A DNA stretch of 64,000 nucleotides, taken from positions 13,009 through 77,008 of the forward strand of contig DATNMH010000005.1 of NCBI GenBank assembly GCA_035602395.1. Reading direction: 5' to 3'. Positions within the stretch are counted from its first letter, which is position 1, and the number at the start of each line of letters is the position of its first letter. Position numbers and translations under genes: made by a program. This document shows positions 27,009 to 35,322 of the stretch, piece after piece. Source of the stretch: Candidatus Acidiferrum sp. Its GTDB lineage: Bacteria; Chloroflexota; Dormibacteria; CF-121. The notes under the pieces are model-generated. The model was not told the DNA's origin. It ran no database searches and was given only the letters and a program-made list of their open reading frames with translations.

Positions 27009-28696
27009 GTCTTCAGACCGACGAGGTTGAAGGCGGTCACGGCCCGGCTAAAGCCTTTTAGCGTCAGCTCGCGGAGCGGCTGGACCTCGACCAGCTCTTC
27101 AACCGCCGCGTGGAGCCGCTGACTGATCAGGATCTCGCCGCCTTTGGCTTCCCCGCTCAGCCGTGACGCAAGGTTGACGACGCTGCCGATGGCGTTGTAC
27201 TGGTAGTGGCCCTCATAGCCAACGCGGCCCAAGGTGGCATAACCGAGCGCTGCCCCAATCCCCAAGTCGAGCTGGTAACCGCGGCGGCGCCAGCCTTGAG
27301 CCAGCTGTCCAAAGCGACCGCGCATCGCGAGCGCGCAGCGAACGGTCTGGATTTCGAATCCAGGCCTGGGAATCGGATCGTTGAAGAAGACCATGATGCC
27401 GTCGCCGGCCAGGTGCTCTAGCGTGCCGCCATATTCGGCGATTAGCTGACCCATTCCTGCCTGATAGTCGCGAAGCACGCTGAAAACCTCTTCGGGCTCC
27501 GCCGTCTCTGAGAAGGCGCTAAACCCGCGCAGGTCGCAGAACATGGCGGCGATCAAGCGCCGATGGCCAGCAAGGAGCTGCTCCCCTTCCTCGCTGGAAA
27601 GCAAGGAGGCCACCTGCGGGGTGACGTATCGCGAGAGCTCCTCGGTCTGGCGTTGCAGTGCCCGCACCAACCTGACGTTCTCGATCGCCACCACGGCCTG
27701 CTCGGCGAAGCCTGTAAGGATGCGTATCTCGCGGGCCGAGAATGCGCGCAGCTCGCGTCGCCAAACGGAAATGACGCCGATTGGAAACCCGTCGCGCAAA
27801 AGCGGAACGCCCAGGATGGAGCGGAAGCCGGCGGCACGTTGCGATTCGAGAAACCTGTACTCAGGATCCGCCAGGACGTCGTCGATTTGAACCGGAGCTC
27901 GCTCGAGGAGGGTCCGCTCGACCAGCGTATGCCGGCTCGGTTTGTAAACATGCTGTTTGATGATTTGCTTGTATTCTTCGCTGCCCAGTCCGTAATGGGC
28001 CGTCTCGAGATACTCCAACGTCTGCGGATCGAATCGGATGATGTCGCCGTGGTCGGCACCGCAGAGTTTGACGGCGCGTGTGATGAGTGGCAGGAAAACC
28101 GCTTCCAGGTCTGACGGCGACTGGTTGATAATGCGCAGTACCTCGCCGGCCGCCGTTTGCTGCTCGAGCGCATCGGCGAGCTCATGGGCACGGCGCGCCT
28201 GGTCGATGGCGATGGTCGCCTGGTCGGCAAAGAGGGTCACGAGCTCGATGTCCCCGTTGGTGAACGGCTCGACCCGTGTGCGCCACAGAGTAAGGACGCC
28301 CAGCAGCACGTCCCCTCGCACCAGTGGCACGCCGAGAATGGTGCGGAACTGGCCAAGCCGCTGGGCTTCCCAGTAGTTGTAGTCCGGGTCGGCCAGCACG
28401 TCGGGAATCTGGATGGTCCTCCGCTCCATCCCGACGCGGGCTGTCAGCGTCCCGCGATTCCCCACGGTGATCGGATGAGACTCGGTGAACGCGCGAAATT
28501 CGTCGGTAACGTTGAGCGCGACGTCCATGCGATAGCGGTCGCTATCGAGGCGGTAGATGAAGCCCGACTGCGCACGACACAGCCGCTTGGCGCGCTCGAC
28601 GACCGCCTCCAGGACGGACTGCAGCTCGAATGAGGTGCTGGTCATGATCTGCAGCACCTCAGCCATCGCACTGAGCCGGGCTTGCGGCTCTTCCAT
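27005..28696 (-). CDS. adenylate/guanylate cyclase with two N-terminal GAF domains
   Basis: 563 aa. Two GAF domains followed by a class III cyclase catalytic domain (FCDLRGFSAFSE...GDGIMVFFNDP...). Confidence 0.8.
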   Translation of the reverse strand: MEEPQARLSAMAEVLQIMTSTSFELQSVLEAVVERAKRLCRAQSGFIYRLDSDRYRMDVALNVTDEFRAFTESHPITVGNRGTLTARVGMERRTIQIPDVLADPDYNYWEAQRLGQFRTILGVPLVRGDVLLGVLTLWRTRVEPFTNGDIELVTLFADQATIAIDQARRAHELADALEQQTAAGEVLRIINQSPSDLEAVFLPLITRAVKLCGADHGDIIRFDPQTLEYLETAHYGLGSEEYKQIIKQHVYKPSRHTLVERTLLERAPVQIDDVLADPEYRFLESQRAAGFRSILGVPLLRDGFPIGVISVWRRELRAFSAREIRILTGFAEQAVVAIENVRLVRALQRQTEELSRYVTPQVASLLSSEEGEQLLAGHRRLIAAMFCDLRGFSAFSETAEPEEVFSVLRDYQAGMGQLIAEYGGTLEHLAGDGIMVFFNDPIPRPGFEIQTVRCALAMRGRFGQLAQGWRRRGYQLDLGIGAALGYATLGRVGYEGHYQYNAIGSVVNLASRLSGEAKGGEILISQRLHAAVEELVEVQPLRELTLKGFSRAVTAFNLVGLKT

Positions 28697-28714
28697 CAGA
28701 TCCCTGACCGGCGT

Positions 28715-29044
28715 CTACAACTTCTCGAAGCGATCCACGTTCATGATGAAGACGGTCGCGCCGCCGACCTGCACCTCGACCGGATAAGGCACGAAGAAGT
28801 CACCGGGCTCGACCAGCGGCGGCATGGGGTTCATGAACTCACTGCGGGTTCGGCAGTTCTCCTTGATCAGGCCGAGGACCTCCTCGACTCGATCGTCGTC
28901 GATGCCAGACATGAGCGTCACGTTCTTGTGCTGCAGGAAGCCGCCGGAGCTGACAAACCGGGTCACGGAGATCCCCCGGTCGTTGAGCGCGTCCATGGTC
29001 GCGGAGGCGTCTTCGCTGTGCACGACTGCGATCACCAACTTCAT
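28715..29044 (-). CDS. darA: cyclic-di-AMP receptor protein DarA (PII-like, DUF970/YaaQ)
   Basis: 109 aa. MKLVIAVVHSEDASATMDALNDRGISVTRFVSSGGFLQHKNVTLMSGI...VPYPVEVQVGGATVFIMNV aligns end to end with B. subtilis YaaQ/DarA. ATGA overlap with tmk. Confidence 0.75.
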   Translation of the reverse strand: MKLVIAVVHSEDASATMDALNDRGISVTRFVSSGGFLQHKNVTLMSGIDDDRVEEVLGLIKENCRTRSEFMNPMPPLVEPGDFFVPYPVEVQVGGATVFIMNVDRFEKL

Positions 29045-29712
29045 GCGGATCGCCGCTCCGCCGGGCGGACGCCGGCCGTGCGCAGCGCCTCGACCGCCAG
29101 CTCCAGGATGCGTGACGCCACCTCGTCGGGATCGCGCGAGGCGTCGACCTGGCGCCAGCGATCCGGCTCCCGGGCCGCCATCTCGCGGTACCCGGCGTAC
29201 ACCCGCTCGTGGAAGGCGATCGTTTCACGGTCCAGCCTATCCTTCGCGTTGCGCGGAATGCGGGCCAATCCGGCCTCGACCGGGAGATCGAGCAGGAGCG
29301 TGAGGTCTGGGGACAGCCCGCCGGTCGCCTTCGACTGGAGCCGCCGCAAGGTCTCGAGATCGATGCCGCGGCCATACCCCTGGTAGGCGAGGGTCGAATC
29401 ACTGTATCGGTCGCAGAGCACGAGCTCGCCACGATGCAGGCGCGGTCGGATCACCTCTTCCGCCAGCTGGGCACGGGCGGCGGTAAAGAGCAAAGCCTCC
29501 GACCAGGGCGAAAGCGGGCCTGCCTTCGGGCCGAGGAGGATGGGCCGGATCGTCTCGCCGGCGCGCGTACCGCCCGGCTCACGTGTGGTCCAGACGGCGT
29601 GGCCCTGCTCGGCAAGAGCCTCGGCGAGGCGATGGATCTGCGTCGACTTCCCGCTTCCCTCGGGCCCCTCGAAACTGATGAAGAACCCGCCTCGTTTCCC
29701 CGCGGTTTCCAC
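29041..29712 (-). CDS. tmk: thymidylate kinase
   Basis: P-loop FISFEGPEGSGKST, DRY motif and TMPK lid. Confidence 0.9.
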   Translation of the reverse strand: METAGKRGGFFISFEGPEGSGKSTQIHRLAEALAEQGHAVWTTREPGGTRAGETIRPILLGPKAGPLSPWSEALLFTAARAQLAEEVIRPRLHRGELVLCDRYSDSTLAYQGYGRGIDLETLRRLQSKATGGLSPDLTLLLDLPVEAGLARIPRNAKDRLDRETIAFHERVYAGYREMAAREPDRWRQVDASRDPDEVASRILELAVEALRTAGVRPAERRSA

Positions 29713-29733
29713 TCCGCGCTGAACTATACGAGG

Positions 29734-31302
29734 TCAGTCCGCACTGGTGTAGATGCGTAACCGGCGGTTCGGCTCTTTGCCGGTGCTGCGCGCCGTCAGC
29801 TCGTGACGCTCCACCAATTGGTGCTGCAGCCGGCGGACGTAGGCGTTCTGCGGCGAGAGTTCCACCATTGAGTTCGTCGACTTCGCGCGGCTGATGCCCT
29901 CGAGCGTTTCCTGCAGCGCGGACTCCGTCGGATCGGGCGTGTCCAGCTGGTACACCCGGCTCAGCGCGTTCTTGATCTGCGTGATCGTGTTGCTCTTCAG
30001 CACCTGGATCGGAATGCCGTCCGCCTCCGCCTCCTTCAGGGGTGAGTCCTTGCGGCGGTAGTAGTTCTTGAGGGTCACGATCAGGTCCGCTTCCTCGATA
30101 TGGTTCTGGACCCGGATCGGGACCTTGAGCTCGGTGATCGCCTGTTCCAGGTAGTTGCGGCTGACGCCATAGGGAAACACCGACACGGTCTCATGCAGGC
30201 CACGCGACCGCGGGGCCTCGAGCGGCTCACGGACGGCAGCCGTCCGCATCGGCGCCGTCTCCGCGATCCGGGCGACGATGGCGCCGTCGGACCCTCGAAT
30301 CCGCATCTGCGGCGGCTTGAGGGTGCCGCGAAGCGCGGCGTCGACCACCTCGGCCAACGGCTGGTGGATGGCGAGCCGATCCCGGTCGTGAATCTCGACC
30401 AGCACGTCGAAGGTCGGCGGCGACTTGCGCTCGAGCACCGACTTCTGCGTGCCGCGCCGGCGCGCCTCCTCGTCGGACAGCGTGACCGTCTGGATGCCGC
30501 CCAGCAGGTCGTTGAGCGTGGGATTGACGAGCAGGTTTTCCAGCGAGTTGCCATGCGCGGTCGCCACCAGCTGCACGCCGCGCTCGGCGATGGTGCGCGC
30601 AGCGCCCGCCTCCAGCTCGGTGCCGATCTCGTCGATGACGATCACCTGGGGCATGTGGTTCTCGACCGCCTCGATCATCACGGCGTGCTGCAGGGCGGGT
30701 GTGCGGACCTGCATCCGGCGCGAGCGACCGATCCCCGGATGCGGGATGTCGCCGTCACCACCAATCTCGTTCGAGGTGTCGACGATGATCACTCGCTTCT
30801 TCATTTCGTCGGCCAGCACCCGGGCACACTCGCGCAGCATCGTCGTCTTGCCGATGCCCGGGCGGCCCAGGAGCAGGATGCTTTTCCCGCCGATGACCAT
30901 GTCCTTGATGATGTCGATGGTCCCCGTGATCGCGCGGCCGACACGGCAGGTGACGCCGACGATCTGCCCGCCGCGATTGCGGATCACCGAGATGCGGTGC
31001 AGCGTGCGCTCGATGCCCGCCCGGTTGTCGTCGCCGAATAACCCGACCCGGCTGGAGACGAACTCGAGGTCTTCCGAGGTGACCGGGGTCTCGTCGAGGA
31101 TCACCTCGTGGTCAGGGAAGCGTGCCTCGGGCTCGCGGCCCAGGTCGAGCACGACCTCGAGCAGCAAGCCCTGGTGATCGAGGCGCTTGACCGCTCGGTT
31201 GATGTGCGGGGGCAGCGCCTGGAAGAGCAGGTCGAGCTCAGCCGGGTCGGCATCGGTCAGGCCGTTGTGCGATCGCTTTAGTTCTTGCATTGCTTTAGCC
31301 AT
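29734..31302 (-). CDS. AAA-family ATPase with C-terminal R3H domain (Ycf45/SpoIIIAA-like)
   Basis: Walker A LLGRPGIGKTT, Walker B VIVIDEIGT. C-terminal R3H motif (YVRRLQHQLVERHEL...RRLRIY). Confidence 0.7.
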   Translation of the reverse strand: MAKAMQELKRSHNGLTDADPAELDLLFQALPPHINRAVKRLDHQGLLLEVVLDLGREPEARFPDHEVILDETPVTSEDLEFVSSRVGLFGDDNRAGIERTLHRISVIRNRGGQIVGVTCRVGRAITGTIDIIKDMVIGGKSILLLGRPGIGKTTMLRECARVLADEMKKRVIIVDTSNEIGGDGDIPHPGIGRSRRMQVRTPALQHAVMIEAVENHMPQVIVIDEIGTELEAGAARTIAERGVQLVATAHGNSLENLLVNPTLNDLLGGIQTVTLSDEEARRRGTQKSVLERKSPPTFDVLVEIHDRDRLAIHQPLAEVVDAALRGTLKPPQMRIRGSDGAIVARIAETAPMRTAAVREPLEAPRSRGLHETVSVFPYGVSRNYLEQAITELKVPIRVQNHIEEADLIVTLKNYYRRKDSPLKEAEADGIPIQVLKSNTITQIKNALSRVYQLDTPDPTESALQETLEGISRAKSTNSMVELSPQNAYVRRLQHQLVERHELTARSTGKEPNRRLRIYTSAD

Positions 31303-32302
31303 ACTGGGGTACCAGCCGCTTGTCCTTGATTCTTACCCGCATTCGGGCTCGAACTTTCAAGGGCAGCTCACGGACCATCAACGCCTGTGAGGCGATGACT
31401 TCGAAGCCTTCGCGCTGGAGCAGCTGGATGCCGACCTCATCGTAGTGCCGGAGGCTGCACCAGACGGGCCCTGGCTGGTGCTGCGCGACGTAGGCCAGCG
31501 ATCGCTGGACCAGGCTGGGCCACAGCTCCGCCGGCTGGGCCGCCGCCATCAGGCCGAGCGAATGGGGCCGGCCGCCGCCACCTGGCACCAGGCTCATCCA
31601 TCCCACCACCTGCATCCGCTCGATGACAAAGCGGGGCTGTCCCGCGCGGCGCGGGATCCGGGCGCTCCAGGAGCCGGGCTGGAAGCTCCGGCGCCACTCG
31701 GCGAAATTCGACGCCTCGACCGCCGCCACGCTCTTGGGCGTGGTCGCGACATATAGAAGGTAGAGGCCGAGCTCATCGTCGCGCCGCATCGGCCGCCATC
31801 CCGCGACCGCCGGAGCCGGTCGCGCGGCCACCGACTCCGTCAGCAGCGCATGTTCGGTGGCGTAGGCCGTGAAGCCACGGGCGCGAAACAGATCGACGAC
31901 GGGGTCGTCGACTGGAACCCGGACGATGAATTTCGTCACGCCGTGGTTCAAGCCCTCGTTGAAGAGGTGGTCGAGCAGCGCGGTGCCGTCCTGGACCCGA
32001 TCGAGATCGGGACTCAGGCACAGATTGAGAATCTGCCAGACGCCCGGTCCGAGCGCGGCCGTTTCAGCCTGCACAAAGCCGTCGATCCTGCGCCGCTTGG
32101 CGTCTTCCATCACGTAGACATGGTCGGCCGCCGACGTGATGGGGATGATGCTGGCGAAGGCGCTGTTGAGCAAGAACCACAGCCGGGTCGACGCGAACTG
32201 CCGTTTGAGCGGCGAACTCTCGGCCTCCCGGACCTGTTGCCGGTAGAGCGCCTCGATCGCCCCGAGGTCTTTGAGCTGGGCGGGCCGGACCTGGAGCGTC
32301 AT
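31295..32302 (-). CDS. GNAT-family N-acetyltransferase (tandem GNAT-like)
   Basis: 335 aa. Overlaps neighbours by 4-8 nt within the pdxST-downstream operon. The motifs are weak. Confidence 0.5.
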   Translation of the reverse strand: MTLQVRPAQLKDLGAIEALYRQQVREAESSPLKRQFASTRLWFLLNSAFASIIPITSAADHVYVMEDAKRRRIDGFVQAETAALGPGVWQILNLCLSPDLDRVQDGTALLDHLFNEGLNHGVTKFIVRVPVDDPVVDLFRARGFTAYATEHALLTESVAARPAPAVAGWRPMRRDDELGLYLLYVATTPKSVAAVEASNFAEWRRSFQPGSWSARIPRRAGQPRFVIERMQVVGWMSLVPGGGGRPHSLGLMAAAQPAELWPSLVQRSLAYVAQHQPGPVWCSLRHYDEVGIQLLQREGFEVIASQALMVRELPLKVRARMRVRIKDKRLVPQYG

Positions 32303-32886
32303 CGCGCCTCACCATCGAGCGAGAGAAAGTACTGGTGCCATCGCCGGTCGGGCGTCAGCTCGGGATGGAAGGCGAGCGCCAGCCGGTTGCCTTGTTTGAC
32401 CGCCACCGCTTGATCGCCGTGACGGGCCAGCTCCTCCACTCCCGGGCCGCGCTCAGTCAGTTGCGGGGCGCGGATGAAGACCGCGGGCCCCGCGCCGCCG
32501 ATGGCCGCCGAGTCCACCTCGGCCTCGAAGCTGTCGATCTGCCGGCCGTAAGCGTTGCGCCGGACCCCGATGTCCATTAGTTTCAGCGGCTCCTGGTCCA
32601 CGCGGCCGTCCTGGACGTCGCGCGCCATCAGGATCATCCCGGCGCAGGTCCCGAGCACCGGCATGCCGGCAGCGGCCCGCCGCTGGATCGAGTCGCGCAA
32701 CGCCGGCTCCATCAACCGCGCCATGGTCGTACTTTCGCCCCCCGGCAAGATCAGCGCGTCGACGTTGTCGAGATCGGTGGCGAGCCGAACCGGCACGCCC
32801 TCAACCTCGCAGGCACGAAGCGCCGCCAGGTGTTCTCGAAAATCCCCCTGCAGCGCGAGGACGCCGACGCGGCGTCGCGTACTCAC
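32299..32886 (-). CDS. pdxT: pyridoxal 5'-phosphate synthase glutaminase subunit
   Basis: Class I GATase: GVLALQGDF, catalytic GTCAG, C-terminal His/Glu. Confidence 0.9.
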   Translation of the reverse strand: MSTRRRVGVLALQGDFREHLAALRACEVEGVPVRLATDLDNVDALILPGGESTTMARLMEPALRDSIQRRAAAGMPVLGTCAGMILMARDVQDGRVDQEPLKLMDIGVRRNAYGRQIDSFEAEVDSAAIGGAGPAVFIRAPQLTERGPGVEELARHGDQAVAVKQGNRLALAFHPELTPDRRWHQYFLSLDGEAR

Positions 32887-33791
32887 CAGCCTCTGCCGGC
32901 GAGCAGCTCCTCCTGCGGAATCGTCCCGATCTCCAGCCCGCGCATCGCTTTGCCGAGGCTCTTGGATGCGTCGGCCAGGATGTCCGGCCGGTCGAAGTAC
33001 GTGGTCGCCGCCACGATGGCCTTGGCGCGGGCGGAAGGATTCTCGGCCTTGAAGATGCCCGAGCCGACAAAAATCCCGTCACACCCGAGCTGCATCATCA
33101 GCGCCGCGTCGGCGGGCGTCGCGATCCCACCGGCGGCGAAGTTGACGACCGGCAGCCGGCCCAGGCGGGCCGTCTCCTCGAGCAGGTCGGAAGGCGCGCC
33201 GATGCGCTTGGCTTCCACGACAAGCTCTTCGGGCCCCATGCCGTACAGGGCGCGGATGCCACCGGTCACGGCGCGCATATGGCGCACGGCCTCGACCACG
33301 TTGCCGGTGCCGGCCTCACCCTTGGTGCGGATCATGGCCGCCCCTTCGGTGATCCGGCGCAGCGCTTCGCCAAGGTCGCGGCAGCCGCAGACGAATGGGA
33401 CCTTGAAGGGATGCTTATTGATGTGGTGCTCTTCATCGGCGGGGGTCAGCACCTCGCTCTCGTCGATGTAGTCCACGCCGAGCGACTCAAGGATCTGGGC
33501 CTCGACAAAGTGCCCGATCCGGCACTTGGCCATCACCGGGATGGTGACGGCCTCGATGATGGCGGTGATCAACCCCGGGTCGCTCATCCTGGCCACGCCG
33601 CCTTCCCGTCGGATGTCAGCCGGCACGCGCTCGAGCGCCATCACGGCCACCGCGCCGGCGTCCTCGGCGATCTTGGCCTGCTCGGCGGTGACGACGTCCA
33701 TAATGACGCCGCCTTTGAGCATCTCGGCCAGCCCGGCTTTGACCTGCCAGGTGCCGCGCCGGTCGTTCAACTGGGGTGATCCCTCGGCCAC
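32883..33791 (-). CDS. pdxS: pyridoxal 5'-phosphate synthase lyase subunit
   Basis: Highly conserved PdxS sequence (GGVIMDVV..., [30 protein letters not shown]). Confidence 0.92.
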   Translation of the reverse strand: MAEGSPQLNDRRGTWQVKAGLAEMLKGGVIMDVVTAEQAKIAEDAGAVAVMALERVPADIRREGGVARMSDPGLITAIIEAVTIPVMAKCRIGHFVEAQILESLGVDYIDESEVLTPADEEHHINKHPFKVPFVCGCRDLGEALRRITEGAAMIRTKGEAGTGNVVEAVRHMRAVTGGIRALYGMGPEELVVEAKRIGAPSDLLEETARLGRLPVVNFAAGGIATPADAALMMQLGCDGIFVGSGIFKAENPSARAKAIVAATTYFDRPDILADASKSLGKAMRGLEIGTIPQEELLAGRGW

Positions 33792-33894
33792 GAACTCATT
33801 TTACTGCGCCTTCCAGGCAATTCGGTCCCAATTCGTGGACGGCCTGTCGCGAACCCGTCCCGACTGCCCGTCGACAGCCCGGCCCGCCGATAGA

Positions 33895-34638
33895 ATGCAT
33901 CCCGCAATGCGGGCCCCCCGGCGCACCCGACGGCAGTCGGTGGTGGCCGTGGTCGTCGCGGTCGCGCTGGGCCTGCCGGCCCTACTCGGAATTGCCGTCG
34001 CCGTCGGTTTCGTCATCACGCCCTCGGTCGACGATATGCCCCGCCGGGTCGATGCCATTCTCGCTAACCATGGCGGCACGCGGGTGGCCCTCAACGACGT
34101 CCCCGACGTGTTGAGCGAGGCCTTGATCTCGATCGAAGACGAGCGCTTCTATCAGCATCGCGGCATCGACACACAAGGACTGGTCCGCGCGGTGCTCACC
34201 GACCTCTACCACCACCGGGCGCTGGAAGGCGGCAGCACCCTATCGCAGCAGCTGATCAAGGTGCTGTACATGAACAACAACGACGACGGGTGGCGCAAGC
34301 CGGAGAACCTGGTGCTCGCCCTGAAGATGGAATCAAAGTTCGACAAGCACACCATCCTGGAGAACTATTTGAACGCCGTCTACTACGGGCACGGCGCCTA
34401 TGGCATCGGGCAGGCGTCGGCGACTTATTTCCACCGGACACCGGCTCAGCTCGACCTGGCGCGCGCCTCGATGCTGGCGGGCCTGCCCCAGTCGCCCTCC
34501 TACTACGACCTCTACCGCAACCCCTGTTCCGCCCGGGCCCGCCAGTTCAACGTCCTGGCCCAAATGGTTCACGTGGGGTACATCAGGGAGGAGCAGGCCG
34601 CCACCGCCTACTCGGAGCCGATCGGCTTCCCCTGCTGA
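33895..34638 (+). CDS. monofunctional biosynthetic peptidoglycan transglycosylase (GT51, MtgA-like)
   Basis: N-terminal TM anchor, then GT51 motifs (EDERFYQHRGID, GGSTLSQQL, RKPEN..LAL.MES). An alternative leaderless start at ATG 33907 lies just downstream of a TAGAAT box. Confidence 0.75.
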   Translation: MHPAMRAPRRTRRQSVVAVVVAVALGLPALLGIAVAVGFVITPSVDDMPRRVDAILANHGGTRVALNDVPDVLSEALISIEDERFYQHRGIDTQGLVRAVLTDLYHHRALEGGSTLSQQLIKVLYMNNNDDGWRKPENLVLALKMESKFDKHTILENYLNAVYYGHGAYGIGQASATYFHRTPAQLDLARASMLAGLPQSPSYYDLYRNPCSARARQFNVLAQMVHVGYIREEQAATAYSEPIGFPC

Positions 34639-34671
34639 TCCCCTGACGGCGCCGGGGCGCATCATGAAGCC

Positions 34672-35322
34672 GTGGGGTTGGATCTCGTCCTGCTCGGGCC
34701 GCCCGGATCCGGAAAGGGTACACAGGCGGCCATGCTCTCGCAGAAGTACCGGATCCCGGCCATCTCGACCGGCGACGTCCTGCGGGCGCAGGTGGAGGCG
34801 GGACTGGGGCAGCGGGTCAAGGCCTACCTCGACCGCGGCGAGCTGGTGCCCGACAGCCTGGTGGTCGATCTCATCCGGCACCGCCTCTCGGATCCTGACA
34901 CGCAACAGGGCTTCATCCTCGACGGCTTCCCCCGGACCGTTCCCCAGGCACAGGCGCTCGACAGCATGCTGGCCGCGCTCGACCGGCCGCTGGATGCCGT
35001 CCTCTATTTGCAGGTGGGCCCGCAGGCCGTTCGGGAGCGCCTGGGCCAGCGCCACCGCGGCGACGACCAGCAGGGGGTCATCGACCACCGCCTCGACGTC
35101 TTCCTGCAGCAGACGGCGCCCCTGATCAGCTACTACCAGGCTCAAGGCAAGCTCAAGCTGATCGATGGCGCCCAGCCGCCGGAGGTGGTGGCGGCCAGCA
35201 TCGATCAGGCCATCCGGCCGCTCGCCGTGCCCTCGTTTGGCGAGGCCAGTTTTGGGCATAAACCTAACGTCTCGCAGGTTGTCCCTGACGAGAACACTAA
35301 GGAGAATGGAAGCAATGCCTGA
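34672..35322 (+). CDS. adk: adenylate kinase (short-lid type)
   Basis: GTG start. P-loop GPPGSGKGTQ. Short LID (RHRGDD) without the Zn cysteines. Confidence 0.9.
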   Translation: MGLDLVLLGPPGSGKGTQAAMLSQKYRIPAISTGDVLRAQVEAGLGQRVKAYLDRGELVPDSLVVDLIRHRLSDPDTQQGFILDGFPRTVPQAQALDSMLAALDRPLDAVLYLQVGPQAVRERLGQRHRGDDQQGVIDHRLDVFLQQTAPLISYYQAQGKLKLIDGAQPPEVVAASIDQAIRPLAVPSFGEASFGHKPNVSQVVPDENTKENGSNA

